Below, in pieces: positions 25,780-38,760 of a DNA stretch of 64,000 bases. Position 1 is the first letter of the stretch. Each line of letters begins with the position of its first letter. The stretch lies in the NCBI GenBank assembly GCA_024679065.1, contig JAGIQG010000040.1, positions 3,534,001 through 3,598,000 on the forward strand, in the 5' to 3' direction. The position numbers were made by a program, and so were the translations under genes. Under the pieces are notes generated by a model. That model made no database searches. It was not told the origin of the DNA and saw only the letters and a list, made by a program, of their open reading frames with translations. The stretch comes from Sphyrna mokarran (Eukaryota).

Positions 25780-27140
25780 TGTGTAGTGTGCGTGAGCATC
25801 TCATGGTCTGCATTAATCTTTGGACCTGAGTTAATAGGAGTGTATCAGGGTTAATGTAGTGTTCGTTTGCCTGTGTTTGTTGATTTGTGCAGTTGAGTGT
25901 GGGTATATTTTATTCTTCTGACATTGTGGATATATGAATATTATTGTGTGAAGTCTCTGTACATTTATTAATGCCACTCTTAACGTGTGCACGTGTCCCT
26001 GCCTATTTCAATGTGTTAATTTCTGTCACTCGAACAATATTTTCTTCCCTTTTTGTATGTGCCTGTTCCTCCGTGTGTTTGTGTGTTTATCTGTTAACAT
26101 GTTAGTGTATGTATATCCTTGTTGCTAGTCATTTACAACGATGTGCGAATGTAAGCTTGTGTTTCCATGTGTAATAATGGGTACTATGGTGTTCTGTTCG
26201 GTATGAACTTGTGAATTTTGCGTCCATTTGTTTGCGTGAAAATGTTTTGCTGTAGTTTGTTAATGTGTTTATGAGTATTCCCCTGTATCAGTGTTAATGC
26301 GGATAACACTGTGTGTCTCCATATCTATATTCCCATCAGTGTGTGATGTAATGTATTGAATGTGTGATATAATGTATTTGTGTGTTTGTCTCTGTTTGTG
26401 TGGATCTGCATGTATGTGTATCTGAATTTATTGTGTGTATGCATGTATGTGTTTGTGTTCAAGTCTGTGTACTAGTTACGTATGCAAAGATGCATGTATA
26501 CTTGTGTATTTGTATGCATACATGTGTGGGTTTGTACATATTTGATAATATGTGTGCATGTTATTTGTTTTTGTGCCTGTGTGTCTATATGTGCATGTGC
26601 GTATGTGGGCGTATGCAAACGTATGTGTGTATGTGTCTATGTTTGTGTGTGTGTATGAGATACAGAGAGAGAGATAAAGAGACAGAGAGATAATCTGTGT
26701 GTGCGCCTGTGTATGGGTGTATTTGCCTGTGTGTATTTGTGTATGCGTGTATATTTGTTCATATATATGTTGTCCATGAATGTTTTTGTGTGAGCGTGCT
26801 TGTTTGTGTTCGTTTCTGCACATATTGTATGTACTTTTGGTCCGTGAATATGCATTTGTATGTATGCATCTTTCTGTGCTATTTTATGTGTGTTTTGTAT
26901 TTGTGTGATTCTGTGTCTGTATTTGAATGCGCATCCATATTTCTGTATATGTATGTGTGTGGGGTATGTGCATGAGTTTGCATGTGTGTATTTACATGTA
27001 TCGTTCTGTATTTTGTGTACATATATGAGTATGTGCATTTGTGCATATATTTGTGCATTTGTGTCGATGTGTGTGTGTGTGTATGAACGTTTATATCGGT
27101 ATTTATAATTGTAATAGTTCTGTGCAGTATTGTCAGTTTG
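25780..27140. repeat. TG-rich low-complexity tract (CA-rich on the IgM sense strand)
   Basis: Degenerate (TG)n/(TGTA)n over about 1.3 kb. The ORFs here are artefacts. Confidence 0.9.
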
Positions 27141-27259
27141 CATATTTTTTAACTTTTGCTCTAAGTTTCACCAACAATAATTAATTGAACATAATCCACA
27201 CGATACGAATAATGGAACGTATTTTCAGAGTTTGCTGTATAAATTTAGTTTATGTGATA

Positions 27260-27925
27260 GGTGATATGATCAAGAAGGCGAACGGAATGTTGGCTTTTAT
27301 CACGAGGGGCGATAGAATATAAAAGCAGGGAGGTCTTGCACTGGAGAGGCCGCAACTGGAGTACTGTGTGCAGTTTTGGCCCCCCTATTTGCGAAAGGAT
27401 TTATTGGCCTTGGAAGGAATACAGAGAAGGTTCACCAGGCTGACACCGGAGATGCTGGGTTGGCTTATTGGGAGAGATTAAATAGATTGGGCCTGTACGC
27501 GTTGGAGTTTAGAAGGCTGAGGGGGGATCTTATATAGACTTACAAGATAATGAAGGGGCAAGATAGTGTAGAGGTAGAGAGATTCTTTCCGCTTAGAAAG
27601 GAAACCAGAATTAGAGGGTGCAGCGTCAAAAATGGGGGGTGGGGGTGAGGGGACAGTTTAGAACAGAGTTGAGGAGGAACTTCTTCACTCAAAGGGTGGT
27701 GTATCTCTGGACTTCCCTACCCATTTAAGTAGTGGAGGCTATCTCGTTGAATATGTTTAAGTCACGGGTAGATAGATTTCTGATTGACAAGGAAATTAAG
27801 GGTTATGGGGAGTAAGCAGGAAAGTGGAACTGATCCACTTCAAATCAGCCATGATGTTATCGAATGGTGGGGCAGGCCCGAAGGCCTAGATGGCCAAATC
27901 CTGCTCCTATTTCTTATGTTCTTAT
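27260..27925 (+). mobile_element. 5'-truncated CR1 LINE
   Basis: [11 protein letters not shown]-like and RNFFTQRVV coding sequence, followed by a 3' tail. Confidence 0.85.
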
Positions 27926-28829
27926 ATCAGGAGAAAGGAATGAAAACATTTATTGATGCATCTCAGAAATCTCAGGGACAGAACAGTAAGAACCGAAGAG
28001 GATTCAATCATTTGATTTAGTTTGTGTTGCAGAAAATCAATACCAGGACATGATGAACAGGAACAAGAATTTTGAAACATTTTAAAATTGTGTTGCATAA
28101 GTATATATATTACACTGATTGAGATAATGATATTTCCAAATCTGCAGCAAGCAAACCAGAAGCTAATTTGTACTGTTGACAACTGAGTGTTTATTGTAGA
28201 AAGCCGTTCCCATCCAAACACATTACTTGAGGACACGGAGGAGATTGAGCTCTCTTTACCAGGTGAAGCAATGTCCTCAATAGTTCTAACCACTGAGGAG
28301 GTGGGTGTATAATGGGTGAATAATGACATTCCTCCTCTTTTCATTGAGGAAGCGGTGGTACACGGGTTAGCTATTGCTCCTCCCCTCTCTTTGTTGGGTG
28401 AGTAGGAAGCCGGTATGTTAACAATTTCACTCTCCCTCTCTCTGATAGGGGGATTGTTGCTCCATGTTTCTGTGTGACCCTCATTTCAGTTTCCAGTGGG
28501 TGTGGTGCAGCAGCTTAAAGCTGACATCAATGGATAAAGACATGGACAATGAGAGAATCAGGAACATCGAGATCTAAATGTTGTGTTTGTTTGTCAGAAA
28601 TGTTGAAATTGTCATATTTCTACTCAGCGAGAAGAAAGTCTCCGGTAATGAATGTGATCTGCTCTGTGTCTAACACAGTGTGTTTCTGAGCTGTGTACAC
28701 TGGTTCAACAAGACTTGGGCCAGAGACTTGAAAATATTTGGCTCAAACTAAAGATATCTAATGGAAGCAAAACAGAAAAACGATCAATTAAAGAATGGTG
28801 AATTTCATTTATCGTGAGAGGAAAAAGAG

Positions 28830-28844
28830 TTTATTATTTTTATT
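28830..28844 (-). terminator. Tandem AATAAA polyadenylation signals of secretory IgM
   Basis: Two AATAAA hexamers (28844-28839 and 28835-28830) about 30-40 nt after the secretory stop. Confidence 0.85.
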
Positions 28845-28871
28845 GAAGTGTTGAATGTAACCGAATGATTC

Positions 28872-29263
28872 TCATTGACATGAATTAACAGTGTCCATCA
28901 GTGCAAGAGAAATGTTCACAAAGCTGGGTTTACCGCTGGATTTGTCAACTGTTCTGTTGATGATCTTCAAGGGGATGGCTTCATGTCCCACCACACAGGA
29001 GTAAGAGGCGCCGCTGGACCATTCCTCTGCTGCAATGGATAACAGGCTGTATATGAAGAAGGAGTTATTGCCTTTCTCCACCATCACCTCGGTGTTCCTA
29101 TAGTTCCTGGGATTCACTGGCTTGTCATTGACGGTCCACTTGAGGAAGATCTCTCGGGGGGAGAATCCTCTCACTAAGCAGCTGAGGGAGACGAATCTCT
29201 GAGCGGAGATTTCTTCTGCCGAGGGCAGGAGGACAGAGACGATCGGTTCTTGCGGATTTGGAT
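28872..29263 (-). CDS. IGHM: IgM CH4 + secretory tailpiece; membrane-form donor after 28934
   Basis: [43 protein letters not shown]...[43 protein letters not shown]. It has the internal G|GTAAA donor, an NIS sequon and a penultimate Cys. Confidence 0.97.
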
Positions 29264-29724
29264 CTGCAGAAAATGTACAATAAATGTCAATAAACTGGAG
29301 AATACTGGGACAATCAAACCGCTGGTTAGGTATCAGGAAAATATGCTTCTCTTTTGATTTTAAGTATTCCCATTTTTAACTTCCAGCTTGGGGAGGAGGT
29401 GAACACAATTGATTTCTCAAATAACTCCGGTGGTTGGACTTGAAAGTTTCAGAACATTTATAGCACAGAATCAGCTATTCGGCTCAACTGATCTACTTTT
29501 CATTTTGGTTTTCTGATTTTTATGCTCTATATCAGGCTCCTCCCTTCTTTTTCGATCTAAACCCAATAACATTGCCTTCAGTTCACTTTTCATTCATCAA
29601 TACATCAAACTTCCCTGTAAAAATATCTTTTAACTAGTAGAGTTTCCATTCAGGGGAGACGATTAATGCACTGAATACTGAATATTGAATCTTCCACTGG
29701 AGATACACACTGTGATGCATTTAT

Positions 29725-30440
29725 ATAGAAAGAAAGAACAGTACAGCACAGTACAGGCCCTTGGGCCCTCAATGTTGTGCCGAGGTATGTCCAAAAAAGG
29801 ATCAAGCTATCCCACTCTCTATCATTCTGTGTGCTCCATGTGCCTATCCAACAACTGCTTGAAAGTTCCTAAAGTGTCGGATCCACGATCACAGCAGGAA
29901 ATCCATTCCTCACCTCAACCACTCTCTGAGTGAAGAATCTACCTCAGACATCCCTCTTGCATCCCCCAACCATGAACTTTAAATTTATGTCCCCTAGTAA
30001 CAGTTACATCGACTCGATGAAATAGTCTCTGCACGTCCATTCTATCTATTCCCCTCACCATCTTATAAACCTCTATTAAGTCGCCTCGCACCCTCTTCCA
30101 CTCTAAAGAGAAAAGCCCCAGCTCCCTCAATCTTTCCTCATAAGACCTATTCTCCAAACCAGGCAGCATCCTGGTAAATCCTCTCTGCATTCTCTCCCAG
30201 GCTTTCACATCCTTCTTAAAGTGAGGCAACCAGAACTGCGTACAATATTCCAAATGTGGTCCGGTATAGTTGCAGCATAACCCCACTGCTGTTAAACTCA
30301 AACCTCCTGTTAATAAACGCTAACATACTATAAACCTTCTTCACGAATCTATCCGCTTGAGTGACAATCTTCAGAGATCTGTGCATACGAACCCCAAGAT
30401 CTCTCTGTTCCTCCACACTCCTCAGAACCCTGTCGTTGGT
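29725..30440 (-). mobile_element. 5'-truncated CR1 LINE in the CH3-CH4 intron
   Basis: PHLEYCTQFWLP...ERLRELGLFSLE. Confidence 0.9.
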
Positions 30441-30472
30441 GCTACATTTATTGTTTCAATCTGTCAGCTCAC

Positions 30473-30781
30473 CTGTTTCCTTGTGGATAGATTTTCTTAA
30501 AGGAGTTGGCAGATCTTGATGGTTCACCAGGCACTCAAACACAGCCCCACTCAGCCAGGCTTGTGTCGAGATGTATAAGTCGCTGACGACGCTGTCATGA
30601 TCCTCTCCAGGCGTTTTTGCAATCTCTGATTTCAGATACTTCCTGTCTTGGATCCAGGACACGTTGACTCCATAAGGGGCATTGGAAATGATGCAGGTTA
30701 GGGTCACGGTCGCCTCCAGTAAGACCTGCTCTACTGGTGGTGGATGTATCGTCATTGTGGAATCATGACGCTGGGAAGCAT
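30473..30781 (-). CDS. IGHM: IgM CH3
   Basis: [30 protein letters not shown]...W...[22 protein letters not shown], with phase-1 AG/GT boundaries. Confidence 0.96.
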
Positions 30782-31676
30782 CTGTGAATGACAAATGAAA
30801 ATCAACCCGAGTTCCCCTTCAGAAGCAGGACATCAATCTTCAGTCTGAAGAAGTTGCCTTCGAGGTATCAGCTCTAACTGTCGCCTTTCAATTTCTATAG
30901 GCGACGGCAAACCTGCTCGTTCTATGAAATTATTCCCGTTATTAAAGTACTGTAGTTGTTGCATCATTCTCCTGAATCAGCATTACAGCTTATATACCAT
31001 CCTGAACTCAGGAACAAAGTATTGGCCGCTCGTTTAGAGATTGAGATGCATTTTCCAAAATTTTACCCCCATGCTGCGACCTGAGTAACAGTCCGATACC
31101 GACTGTCTGTCCAAGTCTTATCCGCTGTCTCAAGGAAAAGGTGATACAAAAGCCACTTCGCTCACTATGTTACTTCATAATAGAAGGGAACATTATTTCA
31201 AGGGGATACAGTGGCTTGGTGTGTTGTCAATGGCGTTGTAACCTGGGGCAAAACTCTGGGGAAATAGATTCGAATCTCACCACTGCTGATGGTGAACTGG
31301 GAATTTAATAAAAATCTATAATTATAAGTCAAATGATCATCATGAAGCCATCGTTGTAAAACCCACCTGGTTCACGAATGTTCTTTAGATGAGTAAACCT
31401 GCTGTTTTTATCTGACCTGGCATGCATGTGACTCCAGATCCACAGCAACGTGGTTGATACTTAAATGCCCCCAGGGATGGGAAATAAATGCACATCTCAT
31501 GAAGGAATAACAAAAATTGCTGTTGTGATGAAATTCTGAATGGGAAACTGTCCGAATGCAGCAAACTACATGACAACAACTTAGAAGCTGTTCGATGGTT
31601 TGTACTAACTTTGATAGATCCCACATTCCGATTAACATCAGAATGGTTTACTTTATCCACGATTTGAATCTCTTAC

Positions 31677-31991
31677 CCTGTGATGTGCTGATGTTCTGAC
31701 TCTGAGTGATTCCTCGATGAGTGACCTGATAGGTATAGACCGCTTTACTGAACCATTCCCCAGCGGAGATTGTCAGCCGACTGCTCGCCGAGAATTTCCC
31801 ATTCACTTCACAGGCGGGAGAGGTGACAATTCCTGAATCTATGGGTTGTCCATTCTTCAGCCACTTCACTGTCATTGAATTTGTCTGGAAATCGATGATT
31901 GAACAGACGATGATTGCAAATTTCCTCCTTCTGATTTCTTCATTGGAACTCATAGTGAGGATAACAGTTGGAAGATTATTAAGGTCACGAC
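31677..31991 (-). CDS. IGHM: IgM CH2 with the second canonical Cys replaced by Tyr
   Basis: [33 protein letters not shown]...KWLKNG...AVYTYQVTH, with phase-1 AG/GT boundaries. Confidence 0.95.
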
Positions 31992-32199
31992 CTTCAGAAA
32001 ACACATATTAGTCATTTTCTGCAGAAGATGTGGATCAATTAAATTTCTGTGTACATTAGTAACTTATTTGCATCAATAGACACTAATTGGAACAACCCAG
32101 GTGTCTGGATTATATACATATATGTAAATGAATTATAACCAAGGCCTTACACAGGTTAATTACAGCGATTTTGTTTTACACTAGCTGCACAACACTTAC

Positions 32200-32499
32200 A
32201 TTGCATTTCAACGCTCTTGACTGTGCCACTATGTAGAACCTCACACTCAATTTTGGGGCATTCTCCCTCTGAGTCTCTGATGGTTAACTGGCTGGTCAGG
32301 GTGTATGTTCCCTTCGTGTTTCTCACCGATGGATAAGTCTTAAACCCAGTGGTGATCTGCTGTCCATTTTTCTTCCAGGTCAGTTTGGTGACATCTGGAG
32401 AGTAGTCCATCGCCAAACAGCCATAGGTGACGGAGCCACCGGAGTTGTGTTGATCACAGGAGGAGACCAGGCTGTAGAGAGTGGGCGGAGACGTTGTCG
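32200..32499 (-). CDS. IGHM: IgM CH1
   Basis: [45 protein letters not shown]...IECEVLHSG. The L-chain-linking Cys (SSC) is present and the boundaries are AG/GT. Confidence 0.96.
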
Positions 32500-33464
32500 C
32501 TGGTAAAGAATAGGCGATTGAACAAGTTACACTTTCACTTGCGTTTACTAATTTATCAAAAATGTTGTTACAAAGATTTTTCTATTAGATATAGTGATCG
32601 GTGTTAAAGGGATATGGATAGTAGATATGATCAGTATATTCATGAATTCTGACCCAAGTGAATGGCGGAGTAGACTCAAAGATCTGAATGGCCTAGTCTA
32701 GCTGCTATTTTCTATGCCTCTATCTCGAACATTGATTACAATTATGAACTTATCCTAATACTTCGCGATTAAAACCTACATCCACCTTTGAGATTATGTT
32801 ACTTCTATCATTTGGGAATCGTCATCTCTGTAGAAACTCAGATTCCTGTTTCCACTCTACCAAATTAGGAAGAAAAAAAACATTCTGACAGTTTCAAAAT
32901 GACATGTCATTCCTTGGATTAACAGAGAAGAGCAAAGATTTTCTCCATTATTGCAACAACTATTTATTTCTCAAACAGCAGCACTTTGTGATGAAGGAGT
33001 TGTCTCTTCATTCATATCATCGACTCATCTGACGAGGGAGCTCCAAAAGCTTGCGATTTCAAATAAACCTGTTGGACTTTAACCTGGTGTTGTGAGAATC
33101 CTTTCTGTGCCCACACCAATCTAACGCCAACATCTTCACACTAGCTTTGGAAATTGCCTGTGTTCAAACTGATTGATGTTCTTTCCTCTCTCCAACTCAT
33201 TGCCTCTCTCTCCACCAAACGAAGATTAGTGACTTTGCTTCAAAAATACCTTCGGAATGAATACTTACTGAATGACCAGGAAATTTTAAATGTGATTACA
33301 AATTCAAATCAATGCAACATTGACTAATTGAAGAATCATACATTAATAGTAACAGCTGGCCATTCGGGTCTCGAACTCACCTCCATCATTCACTGACATT
33401 ACAGATGAGCTGATTGTAGTGCTGGCCCTATTTTGAAACACCTCACTTCACCCGTCGATCACCC

Positions 33465-33990
33465 AGTCTCTGCCCATTTTCTGTAGCTCTTTGCTCTTTC
33501 CCCTTGCTCTCTGCCTTTCGCGGTGGGTCTTTTTCCCTTTCATCCGGCTCTCTCTATTTTCACCTGGCTCTCTACACCTCCCTCCACGTCTATGCCATCT
33601 TCCCCAGCCCTTTTCCTCGGCCCTCTACGCTTTCCTCCACCTCTCTGCCTTCTGTCACTGCTCCCTACCCTCTTTCTTCTTTCCCCGATCTCTCTGCCCT
33701 TTCCCCCTGACTCTCCTGCCCTTTCTCACGGCTCTCTGCCTTTTCCGACGGCTCTCTGTCCTTTCTCCTGCCTGCCCTTTCTGTTGTCTCTTTTTGCTCT
33801 TTCTCCTGGCTCTCTTCCCTTTTATTGGTCTCTCTGCCCTTTCCTCTTGCTCCCTGCCCTTTTCCCTGGCTTTCGGCTGTGTTCCCCAGTTGTGTGCCTT
33901 TCCCCAAGCTCCCTGACCTTCCCCCTAGCTCTCTGCCCTTTCCCACGCCTCCTGTTCTCCACTGACTCTTGCCATTTCCCTGGCCCCGAG
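33465..33990. repeat. ~20-bp degenerate tandem repeat (CTCTCTGCCCTTTCCCC...), G/A-rich on the IgM sense strand
   Basis: Recurrent GCTCTCTGCCCTTTC units. Confidence 0.85.
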
Positions 33991-34369
33991 CCCCCAGCAA
34001 TTCCCTCCAGTTCTCTGCATTCCAGGCCAGCTCCCAGATTTAAACACTAAGCTGCCACTTGAGATCTTTCTTCGCTCTCGTTGCAGACTTCCCCACACAG
34101 ATTCAGTGAGCGTGAGAGAGAGATGTGACTGCGTGAGGGTGAGAGACTGAATGAGTGAGAATGAGAATGAGTGGAGCGGCTGGAGTCATGATTCAGTGAA
34201 GAGAGTTTATAGGTAAAAGGGATGTTTGCCTAACTTTTTTGGAGTTTTTTTTTCTAAGCCGGAAGTGTAAATCCGGATGCAGGCCCCAGTGAGACCTGGG
34301 AAGTTCTTTTTTCCTTTAAAGGGTACTTACCTTAGAGGGTTCGACCTCATTGTTTCCAGAGGAGCAGTT

Positions 34370-34905
34370 GGAGTGGGTGGAGAGTGAGGGAGTGGGGAGG
34401 GGGTGGGTGAATGGAAGGGTGACTGAGTGAGTGAATTGGGGTGTATGAGTGAGTGAGTGAGTGACTGCGTGAGTGGGGGTGGGTGGATGAGTGAGTGAGT
34501 GGGGGTGGGTGATTGAGTGAATGAGGATGGGCGAGTGAGTGAGTGAATGGGTAAGTGAGTAAGTGGGTGATTGAATGAATGAATGAGTGGGGGTGGGTGA
34601 GTGAGTGGGGGTGACTGAGTGAGTGGAGATGGGTGAGTGAGTGAGTGGGAGTGGGTGGGTGAATGGGTGAGTGGGAGGTGAGTGAGTAATTGAGTGAGAG
34701 AGGATTGGTGAGTGAGTGGAGGAAGGTGGATGAGTGAGTGAGTGGGTGAGTGGGGATGGGTGAGTGGATGGATAGGGCTCAGTGTTCGGTGGATGAGTGG
34801 GGGTGGATGGGTAGGTGTGTGAGTGAGTGGGGGTGGGTGAGTGGGTGAGTTCGTGAGTGCGGGTGGGTGAGTTAGTGAGTGGGAGTGGATGGTGAGTGGG
34901 TGAAT
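34370..34905. repeat. (GAGT/GGGT)n degenerate satellite
   Basis: GAGTGAGTGGGGGTGGGT iterations. Confidence 0.9.
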
Positions 34906-35468
34906 GAATTCCAGTGGACCACCTCCTCCCTTTCCTCTTTTCCCGATTCTCTACATTGATCTGCTTTCAATAACAGGGCTGTGTAAAATGAGGAATCAGT
35001 GTAGATCACCGGGCAGCTGAGGTAATGTTGGTGCCTTTCTTTAAGAAACACGGATCAGTGAACAAATCGACAGAGTGAGGGAACTGGAAAAGAAGCTTAT
35101 TGCAAAACTAGGGTCGCACAGGAATTAAACACCACGAAATACAGCAGAAAGAACTAAAAGATTTACAACCAGTCAGGGAGATTCCTGGTCCAAAACGGTG
35201 ACCACGCGTATAGAAACAGAACAGACACAAACGGTGCAATAATCGAATTCCCAGCAGGTTGATCTGTTCAACCGTAAATTTCATTCCAACCGTTGGATTC
35301 CGATTGATCAATGGTCAACTTACAACAACAGATAATCACCAACTTATTTTAAATTACACTGATATTCATCTGAAAACTCCCTTCGACTTTTAATTATTTA
35401 TCACCTCTCGAAAACAACGTTAAATGTAATTTCGCTGAAAACGAGCAATCAACAATACCAGATTCAGG

Positions 35469-35622
35469 ACAGTTCAATATCCCTAACAGAGATGCAGTGA
35501 AACAGTAACAGTTCAATGACCCTTACAGAGATGTAATGACACAGTAACAATTCAATGTCCCGATAGAAAGGCAGTAACACAGTAACAATTCAATATCCCT
35601 GCAGAGATGCAGTGGCACAGTA
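35469..35622. repeat. ~39-bp minisatellite, 4 copies
   Basis: Variants of ACAGTTCAATATCCCTAACAGAGATGCAGTGAAACAGTA. Confidence 0.85.
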
Positions 35623-38600
35623 AGAAATAAACTAACCAAGATACATTTACATTGAAAACTATAACCTGATTTGATCTAATTTCATAATTGAATGTAATCA
35701 ACAAAATAATCAAGGCAAAATACTTTATCGAGCTGAGCATAGCTGAGTAAAGAAATGTTTTGTATTTTACACGCTGATGCACTATTCAAGGTCTTTTGTT
35801 TTGAATTAATTAGCATCAATATTATATTTTGTTATGGTTAATTGGCAGTTAGTTCTCCTGTTACTGATTTGCATTCCGTAATAAAATCACTTTTCAATCA
35901 TTCAAAACTTGCTTTTGTGAAATTGTGAAGTAATTAGGTTCCAACTAAATCTTAAACAATAAACTTCAAATTACAGAGTGGAAATATTCAGACATCTGTA
36001 ATTCATTTGCTTAAATCGAATCACATTATAATATTTTTCATTTCCACTTTTACTCCAGATGTCTCCAGTTTTACTCCAGATGCAAATGCGTTAAAATGCA
36101 TGCTTCTGAATTTGTATTTGCTGCAACAACCTGGCGGTTTGAGATCAATGAAACTGCTTCTTAGATTTAATAATGTAGACAATCCATATAATTTAGTTAT
36201 TGAACATATCGTTTAATTTAAGAAAATGTGAATTAAACAGTGAAAAATTAATTGAGGATAATTAATTCAAATTCTGTGCAACACTGAAACATGATGCACG
36301 AAATAAGTCGAGACCTTTTCTTCAGTAGAATATTTAATAAGAATTAAACATAATGCTCAAGTAGAATCAATTCTACTATTCTGTCATTTATTCATCCAAT
36401 AATTCTATTCAGTGTTCAGCAGTAATGGAGACAGGATGTTACTATTAAGCGCAGAGCAAATATTAGTTTTGTAATATTATCATAATATTTTTATATAAAT
36501 TAATCTTTTTGAATTTCAAGTATTAACTTGTCAATCTCTAGCCAGTTTCTGTGGACACCTTACGACAATTCAACCACCATTATAAAAACAATTGCTTAAT
36601 GTTAGCGAATTCCACCTGTCAGAAAACTGTGTGCACTCTGTCAAGTTCAGTCAAACTGAGGGATTCCAATTGATCAATTGTCACATTACGACAAAAAAAA
36701 TCAATAACGTTTTTTAAAATTAAACTGACATTCATTTCAAAATTCCCCTCGAATTTTATCTACTTCTCCCTGTCTGTCTTAAATCTCGCAAATTGGACAA
36801 AAAACATTTTTTCTGAAAATGAGCATCTCAAATGTAACAGATTTACGGTAGTGTAATGTCCCTAAGAGATATATAGTGACAAAGTAAGAATTATAATTCA
36901 TGATTTACTTTAAGCTGTACGCATCAGTTAACATGAATAAAATGCTCTAACATTTATTTATTTTATTTTTTTCTGACACCCGTTTCTTTTATCCTGACAA
37001 GGATTTTTAAACGTATTTTGTCTCTTTGTCTTCATTTAGCTAGAAAAAGTGTAACCGCTCAGAATCACTGAGCTTAAAAAATACAGACCCAACCCATTTC
37101 ACAAATTTTGAGATGAGATTAGTGATTAATTACCTCGGCATCCAATTACAAACTACTTGGAAGAAATGTCGAGCCTGCATAGAAAGAATGTAATAATCGG
37201 ACACAAAAATTGCAAAATAGCAACGTCTTATTCTCGAAAACTCATATTGAAGTGAATGCGAACTTCATCGGGATATAACAATCAGTGCAAAGTATCTCGC
37301 TGAACTGAGCACTGATGTGGAAACAGCTTGTTATCATTGAAATAGTTTTTGGAATTATCACAAAATATTTCCAGCCTAGAAATGTTTCTGGTCATATTCG
37401 TTGTATGCCACGCACAACAGAACTATTAGGAGGGATTAATGAATAATGATATTTATATAAAATAATCTTTGTTGAATATGGACATATATTAACGATTTAA
37501 AAATGTTTGCTTTATATTCATTTCACGATTAAACTTGTTAATGAGAATTTTTTAGTTACACAAACGAGTTAGTGTCCAAATGAAGGTTGTATGTCATGAT
37601 TTATTTTAATTTGTAAACGTTAAGTAAAATTTATAAAAATGCTGTGGTGCCTTTATTTTTTCCAAAACCCGCCTGTTTTCTCCCTACAAGGATTTTCAGA
37701 CTCATAGATTGTTAGCATTCAATCAGGAAGCATGCAATCGCTAAGTGTTACCGAGTTTAATAAATGCAGAAACAATACCGAAACACGAAATCATTTCACA
37801 CAGTATAAACATTCACAGTGACAGAACCACAGAACTTCCTCAACAGAAACACACCAAAACACATCAATGAGGGAATGAATCCTTTTCACGGAGGCTTAAC
37901 TCAATTATTCATCCAACTGAATCAAAAATATCATTGCAAGAAAACTTCAATATCCAATCCAGCAAACCAGCCCGTCACCAAATATAGGAATAGCTAAACT
38001 AAACAGAAATCTGGAGTAAGCGCAATAGCACTGCGAGGAGGTAGAATATGTCAAACAAATTAACATTGAAACTTTACCACATTTTATTCATATTGGGTCA
38101 TATTTCAAACGGATTTTGAACATACTTAAACATTTGCATAGTAAAAGCTGCAGCCATCAGGTGCAGCCGATGAAAATCATTGCATGTATCCCAAATTGTA
38201 AATGCAATGGCAAACTAGGTTTTGGACGAGTGGCATAAACCGTGATTTGATTTAACAGCAATTATCAGTTACAATTAAAAAAAATACAATACAATGAAGA
38301 CTGCCTGATTTCTCTGTGCAGGCACACGTCAAATAGTTTAAAACCCGCAGACTTTGTATTCAAACATAAACCGTATACCAGCTCAGTATAACGGAGTGTG
38401 AACAATGCAGAATCGCGAAACCATTTCACAAATTTTACTTATTCAATGTCATCCAGACAGACAACCTCCTCACCAGAAAAATGCATCACTGAGGGATGAA
38501 ACCCGATTCATACAGAAGCAGCTCAATTCTATAAACAGTTTCAAACTTCATATTGGCAGAAAATCTTAATTTAAAATCCAGCCAATCCGCAACTAATGAT

Positions 38601-38742
38601 CACAATGCGCACAACAACAATATAACAAAACCAGCATTGTGATTAAGCGGAACATGTTCCTGACATTAATATAGAAACTTTAACACATTTTGTTAAGATT
38701 AGGTTAGATTTCAAACACTTGTGGAGTAGATGGTGCAACTCG

Positions 38743-38760
38743 CAGCCAGTAGATGTCAGC
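38743..38760 (+). promoter_or_regulatory. CTCF-like motif
   Basis: CAGCCAGTAGATGTCAGC versus the core CCASYAGRKGGCRS. Confidence 0.5.

Noticed and set aside
26382-27143. Cys/Val-rich and His/Thr-rich ORFs
   Set aside because: They are translations of TG/CA low-complexity DNA.
33491-34050. Leu/Pro/Ser-rich ORFs of 111-175 aa
   Set aside because: They are translations of the CT-rich tandem repeat inside the J-C intron.
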